This document shows positions 45,380-54,958 of a DNA stretch of 62,283 nucleotides, piece by piece. Source of the DNA: an uncultured Bacilli bacterium. Its GTDB lineage: Bacteria > Bacillota_I > Bacilli_A > RF39 > UBA660. A program made the position numbers and the translations under genes. The DNA lies in contig CAJUNG010000003.1 of the NCBI GenBank assembly GCA_910587725.1, forward strand, positions 1 through 62,283, read 5' to 3'. Under the pieces are notes generated by a model, which saw only the letters and a list, made by a program, of their open reading frames with translations, was not told the DNA's origin and did not search any database. Position 1 is the first letter of the stretch, and every line of letters begins with the position of its first letter.

Positions 45380-46093
45380 TTACTTCCCTCCTAAAAACTG
45401 ATTCACAATATTACTCACTTGTGGTAATGCTTCTAAATAAGCATAATGTGTGTATCCCCCTAATACAATTAATCCTCCATCCTTTAATAATAGCTCTAGT
45501 TTCTTCGCATCTTCCACCGAAGCAGCAGAATCCTCACTTCCCCAAATAAGTAGTGTAGGACATTGAATATTTTTAGCATCTTCGCTTAAGTCTTGCGCAA
45601 CGACTTTAACTAAGGTCTCTCGCATGATTGGTGTTGCATTCCTATAATCTGTAGAACCAATATATTTTTTCATGTATTCTCCAAATCCATTGAAAAAAGG
45701 AACTTTCTTCATCGCCTTCAAAAATGACTCTTTTTTACTAGTTTTTCGTGTTCTAACACAAGGAGCACCAAAAAGAATCAACTTTTCTACTGGATTTCTA
45801 GAAGCATAGGAAATCGCTACTCTACCACCAAAGGAATGACCAATCAATGTGAGATTTTTAAGGCCTAACTCTTGTACGAATTCTTCGATAAATTTCGTAT
45901 AATCTTCAATCGACCAACTACTTACTAATTCAAAGCTTTTCCCAAATCCAGGAAAATCTAAAATCGTCACTCTTTTTCCGACAAGTACATCTCCTAATGG
46001 CTTCATCATCTCGATGTTTTGACCCCAACCATGTAAAAGAAGAACGTCATCTCCCTCACCATATTGTATGTAATTAATATTTCTTTTGCCCAT
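45380..46093 (-). CDS. Alpha/beta hydrolase (paralog of 20441..21205), first gene of the murF-ddl operon
   Basis: LLLHGWG, nucleophile elbow GHSFGG and a late His in YTHYAY. ATG 46093 follows RBS GAGGAG (track start GTG 46105). The stop lies 1 nt before the murF start. Confidence 0.85.
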   Translation of the reverse strand: MGKRNINYIQYGEGDDVLLLHGWGQNIEMMKPLGDVLVGKRVTILDFPGFGKSFELVSSWSIEDYTKFIEEFVQELGLKNLTLIGHSFGGRVAISYASRNPVEKLILFGAPCVRTRKTSKKESFLKAMKKVPFFNGFGEYMKKYIGSTDYRNATPIMRETLVKVVAQDLSEDAKNIQCPTLLIWGSEDSAASVEDAKKLELLLKDGGLIVLGGYTHYAYLEALPQVSNIVNQFLGGK

Positions 46094-46247
46094 GATTCTC
46101 CTCACTTCCCTAAAGCTTAATTAAATTTTAGCACATTTTTTTTCTCTGAACAATACTAAAATAAAACCAAAGTCGATTTCTCTTTTTCCAAATTTATTCA
46201 CCTTCTAGTCAATAAAAAAATGCCAGACTTAAATAGTTCTTGCATTC

Positions 46248-46889
46248 TTATATTGCTTTTTTCTCTTTTACCATCAATAACACTTCATATAAGGACAAGT
46301 GCTTTTTCGTCAAATGATGTTGAATCGAAGAAAGTAATGCTTCTTTAATTTTTTTAGGATTTTCTTCTTCTTTTTCAAAATATTCTAAGTAGAGATAGCG
46401 AAGTTTAGAATACTCTTTTTTCTGATAAGAAGCCGTAATCTCTTTTTCTAAAAAGTTCTTAATTTTTCTTTCTTCTCTAGTGAAAAAAGTATGATGTTCT
46501 CTTTGTTTTAAGGAAACGTAGGAAATTTTCTCTTCTTCTTCCGTTTTAATATATCTCGAAGTCTCTTCTTCATCAGTAGGAAGCAAATGACTTAAAAATA
46601 AGTTTTCGCCTTTTTCATTAAATTCTACAACAATTGAGGATTCTCCATCAGAAAATAAAGCTGCATACTCTATTTTTTCTAAATTATATTTTTCCGTCTC
46701 ATCCGCAATACGGTTTAAGAATTCTTTGTCAACAACGACCTCTTTTTCTATTAAATCAATCATCATCTCCCGGCTTACACGAAACACGGGGATTCTTTTT
46801 ATATGTTCAATATCATCCTCCATCTGCCATTCAAAAAAATCAAAAGCGACTTCCTGTAAATTCACTAACAAATCATATAACATATTCAC
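46248..46889 (-). CDS. YjbA/UPF0736 (DUF3603)-like protein
   Basis: N-terminal MLYDLLVNLQEVAFDFFEWQMEDDIEHIKRIPVFRV resembles B. subtilis YjbA [41 protein letters not shown]. The GTG start overlaps the upstream TGA (GTGA). Confidence 0.6.
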   Translation of the reverse strand: MNMLYDLLVNLQEVAFDFFEWQMEDDIEHIKRIPVFRVSREMMIDLIEKEVVVDKEFLNRIADETEKYNLEKIEYAALFSDGESSIVVEFNEKGENLFLSHLLPTDEEETSRYIKTEEEEKISYVSLKQREHHTFFTREERKIKNFLEKEITASYQKKEYSKLRYLYLEYFEKEEENPKKIKEALLSSIQHHLTKKHLSLYEVLLMVKEKKAI

Positions 46890-47095
46890 TCTTCATCCCT
46901 CTTTCTCATTAGTAAAACAAATAAGGTTAAACCAAGGCCAAGAATCATTAAAAAGAAAGAATATCTGCCAAAAAAAATAGAGAGAAACTTTTTAAAGGAA
47001 ACTTGAAAGGCCAAAACGTTCAAATACAAAATAAAATCGGTAAAAGCTAATACTAGAAAAATAAAACCAACAAAAAACAAAAAAACCATAAACAT
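46886..47095 (-). CDS. Small membrane protein (69 aa, 2 TM)
   Basis: RBS TAGGAGAAG 5 nt before the ATG. Two hydrophobic helices. Translationally coupled to the next gene. Confidence 0.65.
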   Translation of the reverse strand: MFMVFLFFVGFIFLVLAFTDFILYLNVLAFQVSFKKFLSIFFGRYSFFLMILGLGLTLFVLLMRKRDEE

Positions 47096-47162
47096 GACTA
47101 CTTCTCCTATCTTTATTTTACGATAGGAGTTCTAATAATATTATTGGTTTTTCTAAATATTT

Positions 47163-47453
47163 CTATACATTAATTTTAATTGCTGGCTTTTTCTTTCGAC
47201 GAAGGTGACTTTCCCATACGCTTTTTGAAAGAAAAAGAATTCCTAATGCTGAAGCAATGGGCAAGACCAAAAAGAAAATCATCGCAAGGGTTCGGTGGAT
47301 TCCATTAAAATACAAAACAATAGAAGCAATAAAAAGTATCATAATGACAATGCCTAAAAAGATAAAAACCCCCTGCTTTTGCGCACTTTTCATTTTTTTC
47401 TTTTCCCACTTATCTTCGTCCATCATTTCTTTATATTTTTTCTCATCTATCAT
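47163..47453 (-). CDS. Small membrane protein (96 aa, 2 TM)
   Basis: RBS AAAGAGGTTG. Charged N-terminus followed by two hydrophobic helices. Confidence 0.65.
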   Translation of the reverse strand: MIDEKKYKEMMDEDKWEKKKMKSAQKQGVFIFLGIVIMILFIASIVLYFNGIHRTLAMIFFLVLPIASALGILFLSKSVWESHLRRKKKPAIKINV

Positions 47454-47468
47454 ACTACAACCTCTTTT

Positions 47469-48047
47469 CTAAATTAATTTTTCGACTTTTTCTATACAAC
47501 GTTTTGGATTTTTCTTCATGAAATAAATGTATGCACCACTCACCAAAAGACTTCCCGCTTCGGCAATCATCATATCTTCCATCGTATCGGATACACCAGT
47601 TTCTTTAACCCACTGTGTATCTTTATCAAAAAGCGTATCGTAAGTATATTCACAAGACTCCCAAAGAACGGCAATCAAAGCAGAAAAACTAAGTAAGAAA
47701 ATTGCGGTAAATAAAATATGATTTTTACTCAACAATTTGGAATGTTTAGCAAGAAATAAACCGACGAAGGTAAAGAATACACCGGACAAGAAATGGGCCA
47801 ACAAGTCCATCCAGTTCGTCGTATGATACATCTTATAGACAACACCGAGAACATAAGCGATAATGAAAAACAAATAAAAGAACAAAATCATCTCATCACT
47901 TGCTTCATAAGAAAATAAACATTTTAAGAGAAATGGAGCAAAAGCCCCTAAGACAATCGCAATACTACTTAAATTCATTTGCATAACTGCAACCACTAAA
48001 AGACCAAGAAAAATTATCTTATTCGTAAACTTTAGAATTTTCATCAT
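47469..48047 (-). CDS. Hypothetical integral membrane protein (about 5 TM)
   Basis: RBS AAAGGAGGA 5 nt before the ATG. Overlaps the rmuC 3' end by 29 nt. Confidence 0.7.
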   Translation of the reverse strand: MMKILKFTNKIIFLGLLVVAVMQMNLSSIAIVLGAFAPFLLKCLFSYEASDEMILFFYLFFIIAYVLGVVYKMYHTTNWMDLLAHFLSGVFFTFVGLFLAKHSKLLSKNHILFTAIFLLSFSALIAVLWESCEYTYDTLFDKDTQWVKETGVSDTMEDMMIAEAGSLLVSGAYIYFMKKNPKRCIEKVEKLI

Positions 48048-49122
48048 TTCTATCCTCCTTTAATTCATCGACTTCTACCTGATTAATCAAAGCAAATTTT
48101 TTAGAAATCTTCTCTGTGGTGATATGCACATTTTCAATATCTTTATTGACCGTTTGAATACTCTTAGATAGTTTATCCCAACGTTCTTTATAACGAGAAA
48201 ATTCAATTCCTAATTTTTTCAATTCTTCATGGATGACTGAAGTATAAGCATCTCTTTCCATATTCTTAATAATCATTTGAATCACAGTCAAGGTAGAAAT
48301 TAATGTGGTAGGAGAAGACAACCAAACTCTTCTTTTATAAGAGTAATCAATTAAATCGGGATGATGTGCACTAATCTCTGCAAAAATAGCTTCTGCTGGT
48401 AAAAACATAATGGCTTGGTCGGCAGTAACCCCATCGATGATATACTTCATACTAATCGCATCGATATGTTTTTTTACATCTAATTTAAATTGTTTCGCAT
48501 AAGCATCTCTTCGTTCAAGAGAAATATTTTTATCGACCATCATTCGGTAATTTTCTAAAGGAAATTTACTATCGATAACAATCGTACCTAAAGGTTCTGG
48601 TGCATAAAGAACGGAATCCGCAATCATTCCATTCGGAAGCGTTACTTGAAGGTCATAAATTTTTGTACTCTTTTCTCCAAAAACACTAGATAGTACTTGT
48701 TTTAAGTTGACCTCACCAAAAATTCCTCTCGTTTTTTTATCAGTCAAAATACTTTGTAGACCTACAATATCACTAGATAATAAATCAATCTTCTTTTGTG
48801 CCTCATCAATTTTTGCCAATCGTTCAACAACGGAAGTAAAAGTCTTATTCGTTTTCTCAAAATTCTCATCTAACCGCTCATTGACTCGGTCGTTAATTTT
48901 CATCAATTGAACTTCAATTTTTTCTTTTACGGCTTCCATTTCTTTACGGACATTATTTTGTAATTGTTCTTTAAAGTTCGCAATCTCCTGATTGATAGAA
49001 ACTTCAAATCTTCCTAATCGCTCAATCATCTCGCCATTGGTTTGATTTTCTGTCTTTTTAAGTAAAGAAACGACTTGTAATAATAAAACTACGACAAGTA
49101 AAATAATCATTGCGATTTCCAC
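48019..49122 (-). CDS. rmuC: DNA recombination protein RmuC
   Basis: N-terminal TM helix, a long coiled coil and the RmuC nuclease-like C-terminal part (VIDSKFPLENY, MFLPAEAIFAEI). GTG start follows RBS GGAGGTGA. Confidence 0.88.
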   Translation of the reverse strand: MEIAMIILLVVVLLLQVVSLLKKTENQTNGEMIERLGRFEVSINQEIANFKEQLQNNVRKEMEAVKEKIEVQLMKINDRVNERLDENFEKTNKTFTSVVERLAKIDEAQKKIDLLSSDIVGLQSILTDKKTRGIFGEVNLKQVLSSVFGEKSTKIYDLQVTLPNGMIADSVLYAPEPLGTIVIDSKFPLENYRMMVDKNISLERRDAYAKQFKLDVKKHIDAISMKYIIDGVTADQAIMFLPAEAIFAEISAHHPDLIDYSYKRRVWLSSPTTLISTLTVIQMIIKNMERDAYTSVIHEELKKLGIEFSRYKERWDKLSKSIQTVNKDIENVHITTEKISKKFALINQVEVDELKEDRNDENSKVYE

Positions 49123-49136
49123 TTTATCACCTCCAT

Positions 49137-49712
49137 TTAGATTTCTGCAGATTTTTCGATAACTTTAGATGCGATATACGCAAATAAAAGTAAAATAATA
49201 ATTTTTAATAATACACTAAAGTCGGTTAAACTTTCTAACAAACTTGTTCCTACATATCCCCAAAAATAAACCATGACGGCTTTTCCAATCAGTAAGGAAA
49301 AGAAGTATTTACGAAAAGATAAATGCGATAATCCGGCAGCAATATTAATTAAAAATGCAGGGGTAAAAGGAAGTGCAATAAGAATAACCAGATTAGTAAA
49401 TTTAATTTTAGTAATTTTCACCATCCATTTTTTTACTTCGATGTAATCTTTTCTCTCGACCAATCGATAAAGGCGATGAGAAAAAACTTGCCGAAAGAAA
49501 AAAAAGGAACAAGTACAGCCAACAATGGTTGCACCTAAAGATAAGAAATATCCCAAGATACTACCAAAGGTCATTAAATTTAAAGTGATAAAGACAGAAA
49601 GAGGAAGAACAGGAAAAACACTTTCTAACAAAATCAATAAAATTCCCGCCATTGGTCCTGCTTGAGATAAAATATGAATACAACTCTCTACAACTGTATC
49701 GACTATTTCCAC
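49137..49712 (-). CDS. TVP38/TMEM64 (DedA superfamily) membrane protein
   Basis: Typical layout ..ESVFPVLPLSVFITLNLMTFG..GATIVGCTCSFFFFR... GTG 49712 lies 6 nt after GAGGTG (track start GTG 49721). Confidence 0.75.
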   Translation of the reverse strand: MEIVDTVVESCIHILSQAGPMAGILLILLESVFPVLPLSVFITLNLMTFGSILGYFLSLGATIVGCTCSFFFFRQVFSHRLYRLVERKDYIEVKKWMVKITKIKFTNLVILIALPFTPAFLINIAAGLSHLSFRKYFFSLLIGKAVMVYFWGYVGTSLLESLTDFSVLLKIIILLLFAYIASKVIEKSAEI

Positions 49713-49785
49713 GTCTTCCACCTCGTCTATTATCTATTATAACCGAAAAAATAAAAGTTTCACGGCAAAATATAATTTTTCTTTT

Positions 49786-51108
49786 CTACTTGTCAGTTTG
49801 CTTGACAGCAAGATGGGAAATTAAATCTGCTTTCATGTGAGCAACACTAGCACAACTCATAAAGCAGATAACTTCACCTGAAAATCTGGTCACACTTTCC
49901 ATATGATGAACATCTAGCATTTCTTTATTTTCCAGTAAGTCAAAAATCATTTTTGAAGTAACGCCCGGATATTCTTCCTGTTTTTCCCGATTCGCATCAA
50001 TTTCGGTCAAGAAACAAAAATCTGCAAGATTTAAACTATCGGCAAAGTCCGAATAAAAATCTTTTGTCCTAGAATAGGTATTCGGTTTAAAAATGGCAAT
50101 AATTTTTTTATCTGGATACTTTTGTCTTGCTGCTTCTAATGTTGCCCGAATCTCTGTTGGATGATGCGCATAATCATCAATAATTACCGTATTTCCACAG
50201 ATTTCTTCTTGAAAACGTCTTTCGGCATTATGAAATTTTTGCAATTCTTCAAAAATTTGTTCTTTAGGAATATTTAAGTGGTGACAAACCAAAATACAAG
50301 CAACTGCATCTAACACCATATGATTTCCAAATAAGGGAAGCTGAAACGTAGAAAAATAAGTCTCATCTATCCATAAATCGAATTGAACCCCGTCTGTTAA
50401 ACGTTTTAAGTTTTTAATCACTGCATCATTTTCTTCGGAAAAACCATAGTAAATCGCTTTTGTTGTCGGTTTTAGTTTACGAACATTCTCGTTATCCCCA
50501 CATAAAAAGACAGTATCTTTACATTTCTCAATAAAGGTCTGAAATGTAGAAATGATATCATCAATATCTTGGTAACACTCCATATGTTCTAGTTCAATAT
50601 TGGTAACAACTGCAATACTTGGATAATATTTTAAGAAATGACGATTAAACTCATCGGATTCAATCACAAAGTATTGATTTTTTTTATCTAGTTTTCCTCG
50701 ACCATCACCAATAAAATAATTACATCCATACGATTTATCTATAATATCGCTAATCATCGATGTCGTCGTTGTCTTTCCATGCGTACCACAAACGGAAATA
50801 GTTTGGAATCGTTTGGTCAAATCCCCAACAACCTCGTTGTATTCTTTTATTGTTAAGCCAAGCTGCCGCACGCGAACCATTTCTTTATGGTCTTCTTTGA
50901 AGGCTTTAGAATAGGTAACAATCGTATCTTTATCTAATGGATGTGTAGAATCATAAAAAATAGGAATTCCTCTTGCTTTTAATCCTTTTTCTGTAAATTT
51001 TTCTTCTTTGACATCATCATATCCACTAACCGTCTCTCCTAAATCATTTAAAAGGCAAGCAAGGGTTGCCATCCCACTTCCTTTGATTCCAATACAATAA
51101 TATTTCAC
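49786..51108 (-). CDS. murC: UDP-N-acetylmuramate--L-alanine ligase
   Basis: IGIKGSGMATLA dinucleotide-binding N-domain and P-loop VCGTHGKTTTTSM. The start is uncertain between GTG 51117 and GTG 51108, and the latter suits the AAGGA RBS. Confidence 0.92.
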   Translation of the reverse strand: MKYYCIGIKGSGMATLACLLNDLGETVSGYDDVKEEKFTEKGLKARGIPIFYDSTHPLDKDTIVTYSKAFKEDHKEMVRVRQLGLTIKEYNEVVGDLTKRFQTISVCGTHGKTTTTSMISDIIDKSYGCNYFIGDGRGKLDKKNQYFVIESDEFNRHFLKYYPSIAVVTNIELEHMECYQDIDDIISTFQTFIEKCKDTVFLCGDNENVRKLKPTTKAIYYGFSEENDAVIKNLKRLTDGVQFDLWIDETYFSTFQLPLFGNHMVLDAVACILVCHHLNIPKEQIFEELQKFHNAERRFQEEICGNTVIIDDYAHHPTEIRATLEAARQKYPDKKIIAIFKPNTYSRTKDFYSDFADSLNLADFCFLTEIDANREKQEEYPGVTSKMIFDLLENKEMLDVHHMESVTRFSGEVICFMSCASVAHMKADLISHLAVKQTDK

Positions 51109-51290
51109 TTCAATCACGTCCTTATCATCATTATACTATGTTTCAGTAAGGGATACAAGAACTTTTATAGGACAAGAAAAAAAGAAAATTCGCATTTTCT
51201 TTTTCTTATTTTTCTAATCAATTCTTAAAAATGTGCCCAAGTGAGTTCAGTCAGCACAATCGACCACATTCAAAAAATCTACGCATTTTT

Positions 51291-52670
51291 CTATGACTCA
51301 CTCTCTAAAAAGGAATGTAAAAGTCCCTCAAATTCTTTTTGTAAACTTTCTAGTTGTTCCTTACTACTAGCCTCAATTCGCATCGTAATGTTTGGTCCTG
51401 TATTACTTGCCCGAATAGAAACCCAAGCATTCGGATAAGGAACACGAATTCCATCAATTTCTAAAAAAGAATAGTTTTTTCCTCTGACATAATCTTTAAC
51501 TTTTTCAATCACTTCAAATTTAGTCTCATCACTACATGGGAATTTTAATTCTGGAGTCGATGAAAAATGTTCCAAAGAGTCCACCATTTCAGAAAGAGGA
51601 ACATCACTTTTACTAAGTAATTCTAAAACACGAAGAGAAGCATAAATTCCCGAGTCAAATCCTAAAAACTTATCGCGAAAATAAACATGTCCCGAGTATT
51701 CTCCCCCCATAATACAATTTAGTTCCTTAGTTAAGGCTTTGGTATAAGAATTTCCCGTACGAACCATAACACCTTCTACTCCACATTTTTCAATTTCATG
51801 AGTAAGGGTCATTCCACATTTGACATCATATAAAAACTTTGCGCCTTCAATAGAAGATAAATCCCGAACAAATAAAGCCATCACTTCATCCATTCGAAGA
51901 AGTCTTCCCTTATCATCGACAACACCTAGGCGGTCTCCATCTCCATCATAAGCAACCCCAATATCTGCTTTTAATTCAATAACTGCATTTTGTAGTACAC
52001 GCATATTTTCATCGACAGAAGGGTCAGGATGATGATGAGGAAACTCCGGATTACTCTCAGCATATAATAAAACTTCAGAAATCTGAGAAAGAGGAGCAAA
52101 TACATCATTAATAAAAGGAGATGTTGTTCCATTTCCACAATCGACAATCACCTTTAATGGTCTTTTGATTTCTATAGAAGAAAGCAGATAAGAAATATAG
52201 GAATCCTTAATATTCATTCTAGAATGAATTCCATCTCCTGTTGCAAATTCTCCTCTCATTAAAAAGTCATAAAAATCAAGAATTTCTTGCCCTTTCGCAT
52301 TTTGATATTCCCCAAAGGAAATTTTATATCCGTTGTCATCTTTTGGATTGTGACTTGCCGTAATCATACAACCACAATCGATATTTTTTTTATAACAAGC
52401 ATAATAATACATCGGTGTTGTCACTAGTCCTAAGTCTAAGACGTGAACTCCACTTTCGGTCACTCCAGCAATGAAAGTATCGGCTAAATTATCTGAAGAA
52501 TAACGATTATCCCTTCCGACAATACAATCAATTTTACCGAGTTGTCTTAAATAGCTTCCATAAGCTCTACCAATTGTATAACTAATATCCTCGTTGATAT
52601 CTTTTGGATAACACCCGCGAATATCATATTCTCTAAATATATTCTTATTGATTTGTTTGGTAAGTTTCAT
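51291..52670 (-). CDS. Phosphomannomutase/phosphoglucomutase (alpha-D-phosphohexomutase family)
   Basis: FREYDIRG, active-site loop ITASHNPKDDNGYK and Mg site AYDGDGDR. ATG 52670 sits just after the upstream stop and 8 nt from AAAGGGA. Confidence 0.9.
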   Translation of the reverse strand: MKLTKQINKNIFREYDIRGCYPKDINEDISYTIGRAYGSYLRQLGKIDCIVGRDNRYSSDNLADTFIAGVTESGVHVLDLGLVTTPMYYYACYKKNIDCGCMITASHNPKDDNGYKISFGEYQNAKGQEILDFYDFLMRGEFATGDGIHSRMNIKDSYISYLLSSIEIKRPLKVIVDCGNGTTSPFINDVFAPLSQISEVLLYAESNPEFPHHHPDPSVDENMRVLQNAVIELKADIGVAYDGDGDRLGVVDDKGRLLRMDEVMALFVRDLSSIEGAKFLYDVKCGMTLTHEIEKCGVEGVMVRTGNSYTKALTKELNCIMGGEYSGHVYFRDKFLGFDSGIYASLRVLELLSKSDVPLSEMVDSLEHFSSTPELKFPCSDETKFEVIEKVKDYVRGKNYSFLEIDGIRVPYPNAWVSIRASNTGPNITMRIEASSKEQLESLQKEFEGLLHSFLESES

Positions 52671-52671
52671 A

Positions 52672-53775
52672 TTACTCATCCCTTTCTTCTATTCCTACAA
52701 GTTTCGCATGTAATACAACTCGTAATGTATCATTATAACAACTAGAAAGTGTCAAAATTTTATCATTCTCATCTAAATCCACCTGAAAATCATAAACACT
52801 TCTTCCCGATAATATCGTTAAAAACTTTTGAAATTCCGCTTTCGTATTAAAATTCGGCGTGATATAGTACGTTTCTGGTTCTATCGTATAAACACTAAAT
52901 ACTTTCCAAATACTATTTTCCTGAAGTCCCGAAAGATGAACAAAATGATTATCAACATTTTGATACCATGCTTCTTCAACCACCTGTTTTAAACTTCCAA
53001 ACATCGTATTATCAAGTCTTCCATGAGCATAAAGAATCGTGTTTTCATCCAATGAGGAGAAATGATTACGAAAATCGGCAAATACCCAACCAGCATAATT
53101 TTTACTTTTATCAAAAGAATGTCGTAAATAAAAGGTATTATCGGTAGTTTGTACAAAAGGATAATTGATATTTGTATTATTCACTTTAATCCATCCCTTG
53201 ACATCACTATTTTGCTGTAAAAGATTCGTAAAATCTGCATTAAAGTAGGTTAGATTATTCGTCTCTAAATCTGTACCTGTATCGTCTTTGAAAAAATCCT
53301 CAGGAATTACCGCATCATTAACTTTAGTATCGGATACAATTTTTTCAATTTGTTGATTTGTCTTAAAACTATCTCGTCCCCAAAAAAACACTTTATAGGA
53401 AACTACAGCAAGGATAATAAAACAACAACTAAGCAAAATAATCCATGGTCGCTTCTTCGGTTTTACCTTCTTCTTAACAACGATTGGCTCTACAGGTTGA
53501 ACAATATCTAAAAGCTCAATCGTATTTTCTAAAGATACTTTCGCTTCTGTAAATTCTTCGATTTCCTCATCTAGAAGTTCAATTTCTTCGAAAGAGTCAT
53601 CCGAATCAAAATAAAGAGAAGTGTTGCCGCAAGCTAAAAACTCAATCGTATCTTCTAAATTCTTATGGACTTGTTTAGCATCTACTGAAGGTTTAGAAGA
53701 TGAGGAAACATCACCAAAAAGCTCATCTAAAAGATGATCTAATATTTCGGTTGTACTAGAATCATTATCCCGCAT
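52672..53775 (-). CDS. srtB: Class B sortase with an acidic N-terminal cytoplasmic extension
   Basis: TM helix (WIILLSCCFIILAVV), then GWIKVNNTNINYPFVQTTDNTFYL, YAHG and catalytic LTLSSCY. The start is uncertain. ATG 53775 follows GGGGAAAG, and the track ORF extends to TTG 53844. Confidence 0.82.
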   Translation of the reverse strand: MRDNDSSTTEILDHLLDELFGDVSSSSKPSVDAKQVHKNLEDTIEFLACGNTSLYFDSDDSFEEIELLDEEIEEFTEAKVSLENTIELLDIVQPVEPIVVKKKVKPKKRPWIILLSCCFIILAVVSYKVFFWGRDSFKTNQQIEKIVSDTKVNDAVIPEDFFKDDTGTDLETNNLTYFNADFTNLLQQNSDVKGWIKVNNTNINYPFVQTTDNTFYLRHSFDKSKNYAGWVFADFRNHFSSLDENTILYAHGRLDNTMFGSLKQVVEEAWYQNVDNHFVHLSGLQENSIWKVFSVYTIEPETYYITPNFNTKAEFQKFLTILSGRSVYDFQVDLDENDKILTLSSCYNDTLRVVLHAKLVGIEERDE

Positions 53776-53890
53776 CGCTTTCCCCATCTTTCTTTTTATC
53801 CTTACTATATAATAAAGTATACCAAAGGCAGAAGAAAAATACAAGTTTACACTTCACTTGACAAACAAAAGAAAAAAATGTCAAATTATG

Positions 53891-53920
53891 TTGACAGAAA
53901 AGGAAAAAACACGTTAAAAT
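53891..53920 (+). promoter_or_regulatory. Sigma-A-type promoter of the sortase-substrate gene
   Basis: TTGACA (53891..53896), an 18-nt spacer, then TAAAAT (53915..53920). Confidence 0.5.
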
Positions 53921-53956
53921 AAAATCGTAATAGAATAAAGGAGGTTAATTACTATT

Positions 53957-54628
53957 ATGAAAAAATTACTCACCAGTATGCTTATCTTAGCGATGATGAT
54001 TACACCAAATATGGTTCATGCAGCAGGAACTTATTTTGAAGAAGCAAGTTTCACCGATAGTGAAAAAGAAACGATTAAATCAAGAGAAAAGGATGCAAAA
54101 CTCGATAAAACAATTGGCGATGTCCATATGTTAAAGTCTGTAAGTAACGACTTCATCATTTTAACATTTTCAGAAAATGGTGGATTCAGTAAAGATACTT
54201 ATCAATCGATTTTAACGGGAATTAAAATTGCTGTAGGTAGTGAATATGCAAGTTTCTTCGAAGGAGAATACAAAGAAACCGATATCGGAACAGACAAAAG
54301 TTTTACCAACTTCATCGTAGTTAAAAATCCAACGAGAACTGCACCTGAGATTGCAAGCTTTGGTGCTAATGGAACAAATGATATTTTAAGAGTAGAAATT
54401 TGTATTAAAGCATCCGACGTTACACCTAGTCCTAGTCCTACGCCAACACCAAGTAACACACCAACGCCAACACCTACACCAAGTGATGAGCCAGAAGTAC
54501 CAACATCTACACCAACAACTGAAGTAGAAAATCCTTCTACTGGAGATATGAATTTAATCACAATTGGTGCTGTAGTAATCGTTGCTATTCTTGGAATTGG
54601 TCTATCAATTAAAAAAATTCATGAATAA
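53957..54628 (+). CDS. Cell-wall-anchored surface protein (sortase substrate, NPSTG sorting signal)
   Basis: Sec signal ..PNMVHA|AG and a PT-rich stalk TPSPSPTPTPSNTPTPTPTPS. The C-terminal NPSTG (54530..54544) is followed by a hydrophobic helix and a KKIHE tail. Confidence 0.85.
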   Translation: MKKLLTSMLILAMMITPNMVHAAGTYFEEASFTDSEKETIKSREKDAKLDKTIGDVHMLKSVSNDFIILTFSENGGFSKDTYQSILTGIKIAVGSEYASFFEGEYKETDIGTDKSFTNFIVVKNPTRTAPEIASFGANGTNDILRVEICIKASDVTPSPSPTPTPSNTPTPTPTPSDEPEVPTSTPTTEVENPSTGDMNLITIGAVVIVAILGIGLSIKKIHE

Positions 54629-54668
54629 AAAGATTCGGGAAAAATCCTGAACCTTTTTCTTTTGGTAG

Positions 54669-54696
54669 AAATCCTATCTTCCTAGGATTTTTTCTT
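54669..54696 (+). terminator. Rho-independent terminator of the sortase-substrate gene
   Basis: AAATCCTAtcttccTAGGATTT followed by TTTTC. Confidence 0.65.
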
Positions 54697-54913
54697 ATTT
54701 GAATTGTTGCTCCATCTGTTTCATAATCTGATTGATTTGTTTTTGATTAGGCTTTCTTCCCATCTGTGCCATTAGAGCTTTAATCATCTCCTCATTAATG
54801 GGAGGATTCTTTTTTAAATATTTCATCATAAACTTTCGTGCAACGAAAAAGCCAATCACTGCTCCTACTGCCAAAAGACCTACAACTTTTAAAATATCGA
54901 AAAACATTTGCAT
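54695..54913 (-). CDS. yneF: UPF0154 family membrane protein YneF
   Basis: Single TM helix followed by ..KKNPPINEEMIKALMAQMGRKPNQKQINQIM, characteristic of YneF. ATG 54913 lies 9 nt after AAAGGTG. Confidence 0.85.
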   Translation of the reverse strand: MQMFFDILKVVGLLAVGAVIGFFVARKFMMKYLKKNPPINEEMIKALMAQMGRKPNQKQINQIMKQMEQQFK

Positions 54914-54958
54914 GATTTCACACACCTTTCTAACGCTATTTTACTAAATTTTTACAAG

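Noticed and set aside
51171-51215. An A/T-only hairpin (AGAAAAAGAAAAT..ATTTTCTTTTTCT), considered as a terminator downstream of the PMM/PGM gene.
   Set aside because: The stem is composed almost entirely of A-U pairs and lies 85 nt from the stop. That is too weak to call.
54202-54561. ORF 54202..54561(-), antisense to the sortase substrate.
   Set aside because: It is a Gly/Val-rich mirror of the PT-rich stalk and has no start context.
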